Source: a virus (taxonomy: Duplodnaviria > Caudoviricetes). From it: a stretch of DNA of 55,899 nucleotides. The stretch covers positions 1 to 55,899 of IMG/VR virus record IMGVR_UViG_3300032053_000095; one strand, given 5' to 3'. The translations under genes were made by a program, and so were the position numbers. This document shows, piece by piece, positions 29,238-40,021 of the stretch. Below the pieces are notes generated by a model that was not told where the DNA came from, made no database searches, and was given only the letters and a program-made list of their open reading frames with translations. The stretch's first letter is position 1. Each line of letters begins with the position of its first letter.

Positions 29238-29780
29238 TTATAAATCCTCCACACTATCCACATCTTTCTTCGGTTCTTCTTTCGCTTTTTCTGATTTAGG
29301 TTTCTTTTCTTCTACTGATTTTTCAGGAGTAGTTTCGGCGGGAACATCTGAAATCGGCGCAGTAGGTTGTTCAAGTGGTGAAAAATTCAAAATCTTATTC
29401 TGGTCTTGGCTTGAATCTTGATTATTTTTTTCTAATCCTAAATCAATCAATCCTTCAGCTCCTATTATCTTTTCTTTAGGAATATTAATCGCTCCCTTAC
29501 TCCTAATTCCTATTGAAAACAAAAAATTGTGCCAAAGAAATGACATCCTTTGTTCCTTATCAGTCATTAATGACCGTTTGATATTTCCCATTCTTTGAGT
29601 TTTATTTACATCCCAAATTTCAAAAGTAATAATCACTAAGTTATTCCCTGCGTCGGACATCTTTTTATAAATATCCTTCGCTATAAATCTATACCTCCCC
29701 TTTTCAATCACATTACTTTTGATACCTTCAATTTCTCCATTATAACCAAATACTTCACTATCATTTTCTTGCTCGCCCAT
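29238..29780 (-). CDS. Single-stranded DNA-binding protein (DUF669-like)
   Basis: GRYRF...SDAGN..ITFEI OB-fold pattern, acidic tail. Confidence 0.7.
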   Translation of the reverse strand: MGEQENDSEVFGYNGEIEGIKSNVIEKGRYRFIAKDIYKKMSDAGNNLVIITFEIWDVNKTQRMGNIKRSLMTDKEQRMSFLWHNFLFSIGIRSKGAINIPKEKIIGAEGLIDLGLEKNNQDSSQDQNKILNFSPLEQPTAPISDVPAETTPEKSVEEKKPKSEKAKEEPKKDVDSVEDL

Positions 29781-29807
29781 TGTAATGTTCCTCCGTTTTT
29801 ATTTTTT

Positions 29808-30194
29808 TTACTTTAAAATTACTTTTTCAATAACTGTTCTATTATCAATTTTTATAGGTGGAATTAAGTATTGCCTATAAATTAATTCCACTCTTTTTCC
29901 TGTAACTAATGCTTTTTGAACATCAGAAACTACTTTTGAATCTACATTAAAACAAAATTTTTCTGGTTCAACTGTTCCTGCAACTTCAATAGGTAAAGCC
30001 ATCAATAATTCTCCTTCCCAACTTTTAAAAATTAACCCCTTTTCACTTAATTTTGTTACTAATCCCATTCTTGAACCAGAAGAATATTTAGGAAAACAAC
30101 CAAAGGTTGCACAAGAAAACATTCCCCCTAACATAAGCATTAATAAAACTAAAATAAGTAAAACAAAACTAAAAGATTGTCCTTTATTATTCAT
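29808..30194 (-). CDS. Membrane-anchored/lipoprotein, conserved in phages
   Basis: Hydrophobic N-terminus with Cys; YSSGSRMG..KLSEKGLIFKSWEGEL. Confidence 0.7.
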   Translation of the reverse strand: MNNKGQSFSFVLLILVLLMLMLGGMFSCATFGCFPKYSSGSRMGLVTKLSEKGLIFKSWEGELLMALPIEVAGTVEPEKFCFNVDSKVVSDVQKALVTGKRVELIYRQYLIPPIKIDNRTVIEKVILK

Positions 30195-30203
30195 AAATCC
30201 TCC

Positions 30204-30887
30204 TTATAAATCCTCAATTTTTTCACTCCGAATTATCGGAACTCTCTTAAAAGTAATAGGTATCCCGGGAATTTCCCTCGTTCCCGCGTCAATAAGTTTC
30301 TGTACTGTTTTCTTATCTAAAATCTTCAACCTTACTCCATTGAAAATCTCTGGAACTTTATCAATCTGAACTCCGTTCTCATCAAAAGAATAATCATCTC
30401 TGTAAGATACTCCTTCTTCTTTTGATTCTTTAACTTCTACGGGAGGTGGAGGTGGAGGTGGGATTGCTCCTTTCTTTTCTGCTTTTTTTACTTCCTTATT
30501 ATAAGCATCCTGCTGTTCTTTTCTTATTTTTTCTTCCTCTATCCTTCTTGCTTCTGATTGTTTAGTTTCATAATCTGATAATTGTCCTCTTAAACCTTCG
30601 TAAGAATCTTTTCCTGCAAGTTCAATAAGACTTTTTGAAAAAGGTTTAATCAGATTTTCCCAAAACTTAGTATGATCTTTTAAGGGTTTAACTATTTCTT
30701 TAAGTTTTTTATCAAAAATATCCGCAAGCCCTTCTAGTTCTCTTACTAAATCAATACCTTTTTTCTTCGTTTCCTCATCTATGATTTTTAATCCTTTAGC
30801 TTCAAGAATTAACGTTTCATAACGAGGTTTAAGTTGTGCTATTTCATGTTCGTGATTTAATTCTACTGAAATTTTAGTTTTCTGCAT
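30204..30887 (-). CDS. Coiled-coil protein (Gp157/Gam-like C-terminus)
   Basis: Coiled coil, poly-Pro linker, GTREIPGI terminal motif. Confidence 0.6.
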   Translation of the reverse strand: MQKTKISVELNHEHEIAQLKPRYETLILEAKGLKIIDEETKKKGIDLVRELEGLADIFDKKLKEIVKPLKDHTKFWENLIKPFSKSLIELAGKDSYEGLRGQLSDYETKQSEARRIEEEKIRKEQQDAYNKEVKKAEKKGAIPPPPPPPVEVKESKEEGVSYRDDYSFDENGVQIDKVPEIFNGVRLKILDKKTVQKLIDAGTREIPGIPITFKRVPIIRSEKIEDL

Positions 30888-31040
30888 TAATCCTCCTTTA
30901 TCTTATTTTTTTTCTTCCAAGAAAAAAGTACCATTCCGCTTAGTGCTTTTATTTCAAGTTCTACACAAACACCATCTATAAAATTTTCCTTAATAGTAAA
31001 TTCTGAATAAGCAGTTAATTTTTCACTTTTTTCCATAAGT

Positions 31041-32082
31041 TTAAAGTTCCTCCTCTTTCTCTTTCTTTATACTTAATTTTTCATTACCAGTTTTAATTTC
31101 TATAAATAATTTCCTACCTTTTGAATCTTTCAAATGCAACTCTCTCTTACTATTTGCTTTTAAAAGTGGTAAGAGTTTCACTTTTTCATCCTCAAGTTTT
31201 TCCCTCTCATCCCAACAGGATTCCCATAATTCAATAACAATTTCTGCCTGTTTTTCAAGTTCCGTTTTCGGTGGCATCCCGCTTAGTTCCTCTTGTTTCT
31301 TACCATTCTTTGCTTTACTTGCCATGCTTTATTACCTCCCATACCTTCCTAAAAAATCCCTGTTTACCAAACGCCTGTTCCTTACTCTTATATATAAAAA
31401 CTTCTTTCTTTAAAGATTTATTTTCTTCACTTAATCTCTCCATCTCATCTTTAAAAGTTTTAATATTTTCAAGATAAGTTTTAATCATAGTAGGACTACA
31501 CATTTTAAGCAGATTCACCATCCTTCTTTTTTGAGATTTTAATTTCATAATAAGCGTTTTTCTTCTGTTCATTCTTTCGTATCTCCTTTTATTTAGTTAA
31601 TTCATTAAAAAGTAATTCTCTTTTCTCAATAGATTTTCTTAAATTAATAATACTTGCTGCTAATGAAAGTCTTAATGCTTTGATAGTATCTTCTTTTATA
31701 AACCAATAATTTTTATTCAACCCTTCCTTTGATAAACGTTTTCTCCAACCTACTCCAACTATATAATTATTTTTAGTTTCACCTACTATTTCACGTTCTA
31801 TAATAAGTTCAACTGGATTGCTGATTTCTTTCCAATCTATTTCATTAAGACTAAAACTATATATATATTTCTTATTCATTTTTTCTCCTTGTTTTCTTTA
31901 ATATGTAATACTTTTATACCTTTAACTTGATTTTCTTTACCGAAAATAATCATAAATCTTTTACTTGGAAATGCTTTTACTAATTGTCTATCAAGAAACA
32001 TAACAGATTGATAATTCATATCGGGCAAACAAATAATATCTCCGTCCTGAATATTGAATTTCTTAATCTCTTTAATTTCCAT
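31041..32082 (-). other. Four small hypothetical ORFs
   Basis: Co-oriented, with SD motifs. Confidence 0.55.
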
Positions 32083-32218
32083 TTTTCTCTCCTTTCACCA
32101 TTTCAACATCATCTTACATTTTCTTCTGCAATACCATAAACTTCTACCTAAAACACAAAACGGCTTCATAGTTCCCAAAGAAATCTGATAATAATGACAT
32201 TCCACAATTTTCTTTTTC

Positions 32219-32461
32219 TTACTTTTTCGCATAGTTATAAATAATCTGCTTAGCTTCACGAATCGCGGTAACGAAATCAAAAGGGGATACTAAATTTTCC
32301 TTTCTATAATAAGCAGAAAGAATCTCTTGACAATCTAGTGAATTCTCAAAGTAAAATACTACTTTATCATCAGATTTATTCCTATCAATTTTAGTAAAGG
32401 ATTTTTTAACCGCGAGAAGCAATGCTATTTCATAAAGATTTGCTGTTTGGAAGGAACTCAT
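32219..32461 (-). CDS. DUF5659-like protein
   Basis: FQTANLYEIA..L..KVVFYF..Y..V....F..AIREAK. Confidence 0.65.
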   Translation of the reverse strand: MSSFQTANLYEIALLLAVKKSFTKIDRNKSDDKVVFYFENSLDCQEILSAYYRKENLVSPFDFVTAIREAKQIIYNYAKK

Positions 32462-32526
32462 GCAACCTCATTTAATATCAATATTTAATATAAAATATAT
32501 AATATAATTATTTCCTATCTTTCATA

Positions 32527-32555
32527 ATACTACTAAACTAAAATATACTTGTCAA
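32527..32555 (-). promoter_or_regulatory. Sigma70-type promoter for the replication/modification genes
   Basis: TTGACA-N17-TAGTAT. Confidence 0.7.
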
Positions 32556-32571
32556 GGGGTTTAAATAAACA

Positions 32572-32955
32572 TTAAATCTCCTCTTTTATCGTCAGTAAAT
32601 CAGGATTTTCTCTAATATTTCCTATAACTAACATCTGTTTTATAATCAAATTTCCAAGTCCATAATTAATAGATTTTCCTTCTTTCTTTTCATCGGATTT
32701 TTGAATATAAAAACTCCCTTGATTCTGTTCCCATACTATTATTCCTTTACCAAAATGAAACTCAACAACATCACCTTCATAAATCTCTTTAGTTTTTCTA
32801 TCATGGAATTCCGTGAACCATTCAACCTCATAATTCATAAAACAGAATTCAATTTTCCATTTTCTCCAATCCGCTTTATTCTTTAAATCTACATAAATAA
32901 ACCTTGACTTCTTTGAATCCCAAAACCTGCATTTTAATCTCATAATTCCCTCCAT
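32572..32955 (-). CDS. YopX-family protein
   Basis: KCRFWD, FT..D...KEIYEGDVV, VIGNIRENPDLL. Confidence 0.85.
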   Translation of the reverse strand: MEGIMRLKCRFWDSKKSRFIYVDLKNKADWRKWKIEFCFMNYEVEWFTEFHDRKTKEIYEGDVVEFHFGKGIIVWEQNQGSFYIQKSDEKKEGKSINYGLGNLIIKQMLVIGNIRENPDLLTIKEEI

Positions 32956-33226
32956 ACTATTATTGTAGTATTAAAATCATTTTCACTTTTTCCCCTATAT
33001 ACTTTTTCAATTTTAAATTTATTAAAATGTGGTCTCATTCTTTTAATTTCTTTTTTAGTTAATTTCCAACCATAAACTACCGCATAAACATTCTTCATTT
33101 TACCCTCCTAGTTTAGTTCCACAATAAATACAAAATTTATAAATATCCACATTCATATTACCACATTTATTACATTTTATATGTTTTATTATTATTTCCT
33201 TTTTCTTAGCTCTCATTTAAACTCCT

Positions 33227-33810
33227 TTAATATCTATATGCCTTAAATGCTTCATCATTACAGGGAACTAATTTTTTAATGTTATTCTTACTAAAAACCT
33301 TATCTCCCATATCTTTTACTGTTTCCCAATCACAAGTAGCAAAATGACAATAAATACACCAATCAGGAATATCGCCACGTGAAGCAACCCATTTTAATAT
33401 TCTACCTGAATCAGAAATATTAATTCCTTCAGAACTATCAATAATTTCTCCTCTCGCAAAAATCCCTGGTTTCATTTCTTCTAAATCTTGTAAAGTTAAT
33501 TCTTTCATTTTCCCTCCTAATAAAATCCGAAAATTAATTTCCTACTTTTTGTAGGTAAATTCCTATAAGAAAACGGAGATTTAATACTTGATTCTAGAGT
33601 AACATATATTAATTCTCCATTTACTCTTTTTTCTTTCAGCCATTCCCCTGCGACAAATGAAAAATTCTCTTCGCAATTATCACAATGAAATAAAGTATAT
33701 TCTACGTGTACAAACTTTCTATTTTTACAAATCGGACAAACTAATTTACTTAAATTTATTTCTTTCATTTTTTCCACCTCCCATACCTCTCTTTCTTCCA
33801 GTAAAGCCAC
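33227..33810 (-). other. Two hypothetical ORFs (33227-33508; Zn-ribbon 33517-33810)
   Basis: SD motifs; CPIC...CDNC. Confidence 0.55.
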
Positions 33811-34056
33811 AGCGCCGATCCAATAGCAATTACTCCTAACCCTCCAAGGAAACAGATAATAAAAATTACGAGTTTATTTAGGATTTCCATTTAACCTCCG
33901 CTCCTCCCTTTGCCGGTTTCCACCTTATTGCATTTCTCACTCTCCCACGGACAATAATCCGCATGGGAAATACCGGCACATTTACCCTTGACATACTTTT
34001 TATAGTAATTGCACCAGCGCTTTCTTTTCATTTCTTCCCCTTGCCGGACAACTGTT

Positions 34057-34248
34057 TTAATTCGACCGCGACCGCGACCCCGACCACGACCTCGACCGCG
34101 ACCCCGACCACGACCCCGACCGCGACCCCGACCGCGACCTCGACCACGACCACGACCCCGACCCCGACCGCGACCTCGACCACGACCGCGACCTCGACCA
34201 CGACCACGCATTTTGTTCTCCGGTTTCCAATACCGCAATGTTTATCAT
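34057..34248 (-). CDS. Ser-(Arg/Trp/Gly) low-complexity peptide
   Basis: ATG immediately after the upstream stop, with AGGAG SD. Confidence 0.6.
   Translation of the reverse strand: MINIAVLETGEQNAWSWSRSRSWSRSRSGSGSWSWSRSRSGSRSGSWSGSRSRSWSGSRSRSN
34063..34206. repeat. Tandem hexamer array (CGACCN)x24
   Basis: Counted directly; only the sixth base varies. Confidence 0.95.
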
Positions 34249-34249
34249 T

Positions 34250-34627
34250 TTATTTTTGCTCCTTGGGGAGTTCGAATTTCCATGCGAAGAAATCCACCAC
34301 GGTATTCATATTGAGATACATCTCCCCTACCGGCTCCACTTCATTCAGCGTTCCTTTCTTGATGGCATCCATAAACCTACCGGAATCTGCTACCCACGAT
34401 GCCCCTTCAAGCCGTATTGTCTGCCCGATAACCTTCGTTACCTTTCCCACGCAATGATAAGTTACCGACCTGAAAAACCACTTCTTCCCAACCAAATCCT
34501 GAAAAGAGTTAATTTCTGTCTTTTCATCTTCGGTCAACTGCGCCTTAATCCGCTCGAAAGTTTCATCACTTACCTCAATTGTCTTAACCATTTTTACTCC
34601 CTCCCTTTTTGTGCTTCCACCTCTCAA
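34250..34627 (-). CDS. Small beta-barrel (Sm/SH3-like) protein preceding the low-complexity peptide
   Basis: VGKKWFFRSVTYHCVGKV..L..ASWVADSGRF...G.LNEVEP; likely start MVKTIEVS. Confidence 0.65.
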   Translation of the reverse strand: MRGGSTKREGVKMVKTIEVSDETFERIKAQLTEDEKTEINSFQDLVGKKWFFRSVTYHCVGKVTKVIGQTIRLEGASWVADSGRFMDAIKKGTLNEVEPVGEMYLNMNTVVDFFAWKFELPKEQK

Positions 34628-34697
34628 CCTTGTCCATCACCACGAATAGAACTGATACGACTAAAAGTAATAGGAATATTGTAAAGCAGATGTCCAT

Positions 34698-35638
34698 TCA
34701 GTCCTCCGGTTGGTTATTCTGTTCTACAATTGGATATGCCGGTTTTCCCCTGTCGGATATATCTGTGGACTTCATTCCTTCTTCTCTGCAAAACGTTAAT
34801 GTGCCATTAGTCCTACAAGGGCAGTCAAACATCATTCCATTCTTTGCTTTTTCCCAACTCCCCTTTGCTTCGTTTCTTCCAAAAGCAAAATCGCACTCTG
34901 AATTACCAGCAACACACCCCGGACAATTCCTTGCGTAGAAACGATAAATATTTACATAATTTTCCAACTTATATATGGCTTTTTCGACTATTAAATCGTT
35001 TAATTCACTTCCATCATTCCCAAACACACCCTTGAGTGCTTCTTCCAATGCTTGCTCAAAATCATTCCTACAATACACATATTTACCCATTAACTACCTC
35101 CTTTTTACTCCTCCCAGAATCTGTTCCACAGATACACTATCGCCTTAACCCCATCCCATACAAACACGATCACTACTGAAACGTAGATGATGGTGAGGAT
35201 GAGGGGGATCACTTCTTAACACTCCCCTTACCCGTTATGGGCTGGATGGTGAGTTTGACCTCTCTGTCGCTTTTGAAATACTTGGATTTACCAATCACAA
35301 TGGAATGTTCCCTTCTGCGTTTATATCGCTTAATGTCCTCATCGCTCATCCATCCTCTCAACTTGATTACTTTCCCTTTGACCATAGAACCCCCTTGTTT
35401 TATGCGTATAATATTTCACTTCCCCTCCCTATGAACCCTTGATTATCTTAATGCACTCTTCATAAATATCTGAATATGTTACACTATGAGCGAATTGTTT
35501 TTCTTGTATCTTCCCTATCAACAGGGATTTGATGCGGTCTGCGTAATAAGAGTAGTGTATGTTGTCAACTTGCCTTCCCTTTATATACACATCCCGTAAT
35601 ATCCCCTCAATCGTCTCCCTCTCCCTTTTAGCGGTCAT
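34698..35638 (-). other. Hypothetical ORFs (34698-35090, 35429-35638 and shorter ones)
   Basis: Co-oriented, with GGAGG-like SD. Confidence 0.5.
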
Positions 35639-35673
35639 ACTCCCTCCCTTTTGTTAGACCGACCCCTATGGTG

Positions 35674-36063
35674 CTATTTGCCGGATAAAAGCCATTTGTC
35701 ATATATTTCTTTTACTTCACTATAATTTCCCCATTTAATATTTTGTAGGTCAGCAAAATTTATCCCTTCCATTTCAAGGAATTGTTTTCCCATACCAGTA
35801 ATATAAACAATTAAAGTATTGGGATGTTCTTCGGCATATTTATTAACATATTTAGCATAACTTTCAGATAAACTGTTTCCTATTCCAATAGAAATTCCGC
35901 CATAATCAAGAACGATTAAATCATATCCGTCTTGCTCAATAAATGACATTGGAATTTTAGAATCAACCCATTGCTTATTTTTAATTCCAACAAATTGTCT
36001 TTTAATGTGACTAACAGGAATTCGTCGCAACTCATCGTCATCTATCATTAATCCTATTTTCAT
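35674..36063 (-). CDS. Stand-alone receiver-like (REC-fold) protein
   Basis: LMIDDD, YDLIVLDY, VYITG match receiver beta1, beta3 and beta4. Confidence 0.55.
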   Translation of the reverse strand: MKIGLMIDDDELRRIPVSHIKRQFVGIKNKQWVDSKIPMSFIEQDGYDLIVLDYGGISIGIGNSLSESYAKYVNKYAEEHPNTLIVYITGMGKQFLEMEGINFADLQNIKWGNYSEVKEIYDKWLLSGK

Positions 36064-36075
36064 CCCTACCCCCTG

Positions 36076-36498
36076 TTACTTCGGTGCGTCCAGTAAACCC
36101 TGTTCGATCATATATATGAGAAGTTTTGCTCGTGCGTCGGCTTCGGTATTTCCAAATTGAACATCTTTTAACATAAAGTGTAAATCATCGTCAGTAACTT
36201 GCCTTGCACACCCCCATTGTTCTGATTCTCCCTGCTTTCGGATATTGCACATATAACTCGTTGTGCAAAACCCTTTCAAAAGTTCCCCCAACTCCCCAAC
36301 GTGGTAAGCGGGGATAAACCTTAATGCCTTATCTTTCTCGCAACACTCTTTCAAGTGTCTTGTGGTAAGCGTCGCCTCTCCTCTTTGTTCTTGGTCGCCA
36401 CCTATCGTCTGCTCCCAATAGAAATCACTCTCTTGTTTGCAACCCAACTCTTTCAACCTCTTCGCCAGTTCAAGCGATACGACGTATTTAGTCTGCAT
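36076..36498 (-). CDS. Conserved hypothetical phage protein
   Basis: VVSLELAKRLKELG.KQES...AY.VGELGELL...TEADARAKLLIY. Confidence 0.7.
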   Translation of the reverse strand: MQTKYVVSLELAKRLKELGCKQESDFYWEQTIGGDQEQRGEATLTTRHLKECCEKDKALRFIPAYHVGELGELLKGFCTTSYMCNIRKQGESEQWGCARQVTDDDLHFMLKDVQFGNTEADARAKLLIYMIEQGLLDAPK

Positions 36499-36612
36499 AC
36501 TTACCCCCTGTCAGCCCTTGCGGACCACTATGTAACTGCCATAATAAAAACAATGCCCGTAAGAAACGCTAACTGCAGGCTTATTAAACGCAACATAAAT
36601 ACTATGTCTTTG

Positions 36613-37353
36613 CTATCCATTCTTCTTCCCTCCCTTTGACGGCTTGACCTCGACCAGTTTGTACACCTTTTTATCGGATTGTTCAGCATTAACCCACACA
36701 TCGCCTCTATATTCTTTCCATGATAATTTCTTCAATCCCCGTTTAACTCTTGTTGGATTCACCCCATATTTCAAATAGTGTTTCAACCTTATTTCTATTG
36801 ATAGTCCGTGCATTATTCCCCCTTTTCCTGTTTTCTCACCTCGACCGCTATTCCTTTTGAGATTAATTTTACAGCAATCCGGCGGGTAAAATAAAACTCT
36901 ACCCCGGCTTTCACCATTTTTCGCCCGCTTTCACCAAATATTCCCGTTAAAAATATTGTGTCCGGGTCTATTATCCGTATGCGGACAGCGTTGGGAACGT
37001 AACATTTATCCAGTTCATCTTGGCAAACAAGAAAATCTAACTTAACCTTTCTCATTAATCCTCTCCTGTTCCCTGTCGGTGTGGCAGATGCGACGGACTA
37101 TTGCCGATTCTACTACCATATCATCGCAATCCTGCCATCCTCCCGACCGTTCGAGTTTCAGTAGTTCCTCTCCAATTTTTCTACGTTCTTCTCTCTTGGC
37201 TTCGGAGATGAGGGATTTGTATATACCAATAGCACGTTTATGTATTTCACAACTATCACAATGTCTTGAACCCTTGCTATTGATACACTCTAAATCGCAA
37301 CCCTCAATCAAATATTCAAACACATCTTCAATTTCAATCAGTTGCTTACTCAT
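36613..37353 (-). other. Three small hypothetical ORFs
   Basis: Overlapping stops and starts. Confidence 0.55.
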
Positions 37354-38162
37354 AATTTCCCCTCCTGTTCCCTGTTCAGTTCTCGGCGGATAATATCTAT
37401 GGCTTCTTCAATTCCAGCATTAAAATGCACCAGTTTTTTCTCTTTTATCTTTGCTATTATCCGTTCCCACTCCCCTCTCCGTATCTCGGCTATCTGGGCG
37501 AGGGCGGTCTGCTTGGATTTTTCTATCCGTTCACGCGGATATACCGGCTCTATTAACTCATCCAACACAGATAAAATAGTTCCTGACGGATGAGGGGCGG
37601 GGGTGTCGTATTCAGAAGCGTTATTATCTCGGGCCATACATATGAAATCAGCCAACCCACAAACCTTGCAATTATCTACATCTTCTACCATACATATCCC
37701 GCCGTCTTTATCCTTTGCACTACATTTCTGCGATGAATAACATACCCTTGCATGACAAGCCCCATGTTTATCAAATTCACATATCTCGGTGGGGGCGGGG
37801 GAAAGGGATGAGATTTTTGAAAGTAATTCTTCATCGGATGTCACCGATAAATACTCCTTGGCCATTTCAAGTAATTTCTCTTTTGATATACTCCCCACCT
37901 TCGGCTCGGGGAGGGGCTTCTTGCCGGTTCCAAGACAGACGGGGCAAGGATAATGCGCACCACCATCAAGCGGAGTGTGATGTTTTTCTTCGGGGTCAAT
38001 TTTACTGCCCTTACAACTCTCGCATACCTCTACCGGCTCAACGGGGAGGGGGAGTAACATATTTATGACAGTATAACACCTTGGACATTCTGATGGATTT
38101 TCTGTCATATCTACCAAAAATCCACATCCACCACAAACATACTCACATTTACCTATCGCCAT
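37350..38162 (-). CDS. Cys-rich multi-zinc-finger protein
   Basis: CGGC/CPRC; DnaJ-like CESCKGS and CPVCLGTG. Confidence 0.6.
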   Translation of the reverse strand: MAIGKCEYVCGGCGFLVDMTENPSECPRCYTVINMLLPLPVEPVEVCESCKGSKIDPEEKHHTPLDGGAHYPCPVCLGTGKKPLPEPKVGSISKEKLLEMAKEYLSVTSDEELLSKISSLSPAPTEICEFDKHGACHARVCYSSQKCSAKDKDGGICMVEDVDNCKVCGLADFICMARDNNASEYDTPAPHPSGTILSVLDELIEPVYPRERIEKSKQTALAQIAEIRRGEWERIIAKIKEKKLVHFNAGIEEAIDIIRRELNREQEGKL

Positions 38163-38277
38163 TTCAATCCTCCTTGCAGAGTAATCGCTACATTTTATGC
38201 CAATGAATTGACAACCGATATATCCTCATTCCCACAAAATGAACATTTTGCTTTTATAATCATATTATCTCCTTATT

Positions 38278-39237
38278 CTATTTAGATATTTCAGTCGCAT
38301 AATCCCACGCTTTCTGTTTTAGTAATGCTCCTGAACCATAGAGTATTGTTTTGGCTCTCTTTTCAGGATTAGAAGTCCTTCCATAATCAACATACTCAAT
38401 AACACTATTTACTGCTCCCCATAAAGTTCCTCTAACTCCTATGAGGTCATTTCCTCTCCCATGTTCATAGAGTTGGGTAACTTCCTGTATTACATGTTCA
38501 GCTCTTGTTGATAACTTATTTTCTTCATCCTTTGTTATAAGCCCTATCTTTTCAAGGAATTCATCAAAGTTTTTCTTATTCATCTGAATCGTAGTCATTT
38601 TCTTTGAGAGTTCCTCAAACATATCATACTGATACTTTATAATCCCAAGTTGTTTTCTTACTTCGTCAATTTTACTCATCACCAAAACCATATGTCGCAT
38701 ATTTATCTTTTTCTCTGATGTTGAAATCGCCAGATTCAAAGTATTTTGACATACAACCCTTATAGGAGTAAACAACATTTCAACCGCCGAAGTTCCATCA
38801 TGGCTATTAGTAAGCAAAAGATATTTTTCAATTATATCATCTTTTACTACCTTAATATAACCCGGCAACTTCGCTAATATCCAAACTTTTTCCCCTTTCC
38901 CTAAACTTCCAGCCGTATGATACATAGCTTCTTTCACTCCAACTATCCCGTCAAAGAAAGAAAAAGCATCTTTGTTCTGTAAAGGTTGATAAACTTTCCC
39001 AACTATACCAAGTGGGATCTCTTTATCTTCCCTTACAGTAGAAAATTTTCCTTCAACTTTCTGATATAATCCTACTTGTTTTTTTGATGAAATAAAAATA
39101 TCTCTTTTCTCTACTCCCCACCCAAGTCCTGCTGCTTCCATTGCTTCCTTGCTTGTCGCAATCTTATCTAACTTTATTCCCTGTTCGTGCCACGGCTTTT
39201 CTCCAACATACATCATCTTATCAATATTAGCAACCAT
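38278..39237 (-). CDS. DUF932/DUF945-family protein
   Basis: PWH..G, YQPLQN, YHTAGSL, YLLLTNSHDG, TPIRVVCQNTL, TLWGAVNSVIEY. Confidence 0.9.
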   Translation of the reverse strand: MVANIDKMMYVGEKPWHEQGIKLDKIATSKEAMEAAGLGWGVEKRDIFISSKKQVGLYQKVEGKFSTVREDKEIPLGIVGKVYQPLQNKDAFSFFDGIVGVKEAMYHTAGSLGKGEKVWILAKLPGYIKVVKDDIIEKYLLLTNSHDGTSAVEMLFTPIRVVCQNTLNLAISTSEKKINMRHMVLVMSKIDEVRKQLGIIKYQYDMFEELSKKMTTIQMNKKNFDEFLEKIGLITKDEENKLSTRAEHVIQEVTQLYEHGRGNDLIGVRGTLWGAVNSVIEYVDYGRTSNPEKRAKTILYGSGALLKQKAWDYATEISK

Positions 39238-39271
39238 TTTAATTCTCCTTTTATTTTTTTGATTCCTATAC

Positions 39272-39754
39272 TTAGATTTCTTTCCCTAATTCATCAGCAA
39301 ATACTTTCTCCGCTCTTGCTAAAGCGGAAGTTTTACCATCAAAACTTTTCATCCATTTTGAAAGTAAATCACCTGCTTTTTGTTTCCCAAAACTAAATTC
39401 TTCTTCAACATAAGGTCTTGCTCCGAACATATTCGTAACTCCTGATTCTCTTAACCCATCCAGGTATTCAAAAACTTCTTCTATTTCTTCAACTTCTTTA
39501 TTTTTAGTTACCATTTTAGTTTCTCCTTTTTACCTATTATTAAGTCCATAACTCAAACTCATTGAAGTACATCTTAGTTTTTCTAAAAACCTAAACCATT
39601 CATCCAGAGTAATATGTTCTGATGATATTTCAATTCTTGTTCCATGAATATCATCATAAACCCGATGGCATACTATTTCTGGAAACTTCTTTTTGATATC
39701 TGATTCCGCATTTTCTGCAACTTCATCATTTTCAACATAAAGTAAATCAGTCAT
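39272..39754 (-). other. Two small conserved-looking ORFs (39272-39514, 39530-39754)
   Basis: YLDGLRESGVTNMFGARPY motif; SD motifs. Confidence 0.65.
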
Positions 39755-40021
39755 TTTTATTCACCTCCTCTTTCATAGATTTTATATCTTTTCCCTACTT
39801 TATTTTCAAGGACAGGGTTAACCTTGCCGGAGGTAAGCTCTGGAGAGCTTGGTGTGAACCCCTGTCCCCTTAGACTTCCTGAACTCTCTTTATATATAAG
39901 GAAAGAACTTCTAAATACCCCATTAGAAGCCCTATTTGTGCCCTCTCGCTGGTCATTTGAGCCATTCAATATGGATAATAGGGTATTCATACTCTTTTCC
40001 TCCGGCAATACACTTCTACTC

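Noticed and set aside
34063-34206. Repeat array as CRISPR, and 19784-20617 as a cas gene
   Set aside because: 6-bp tandem units without spacers; the Cas4-like nuclease sits in a recombination context with no cas1 or cas2
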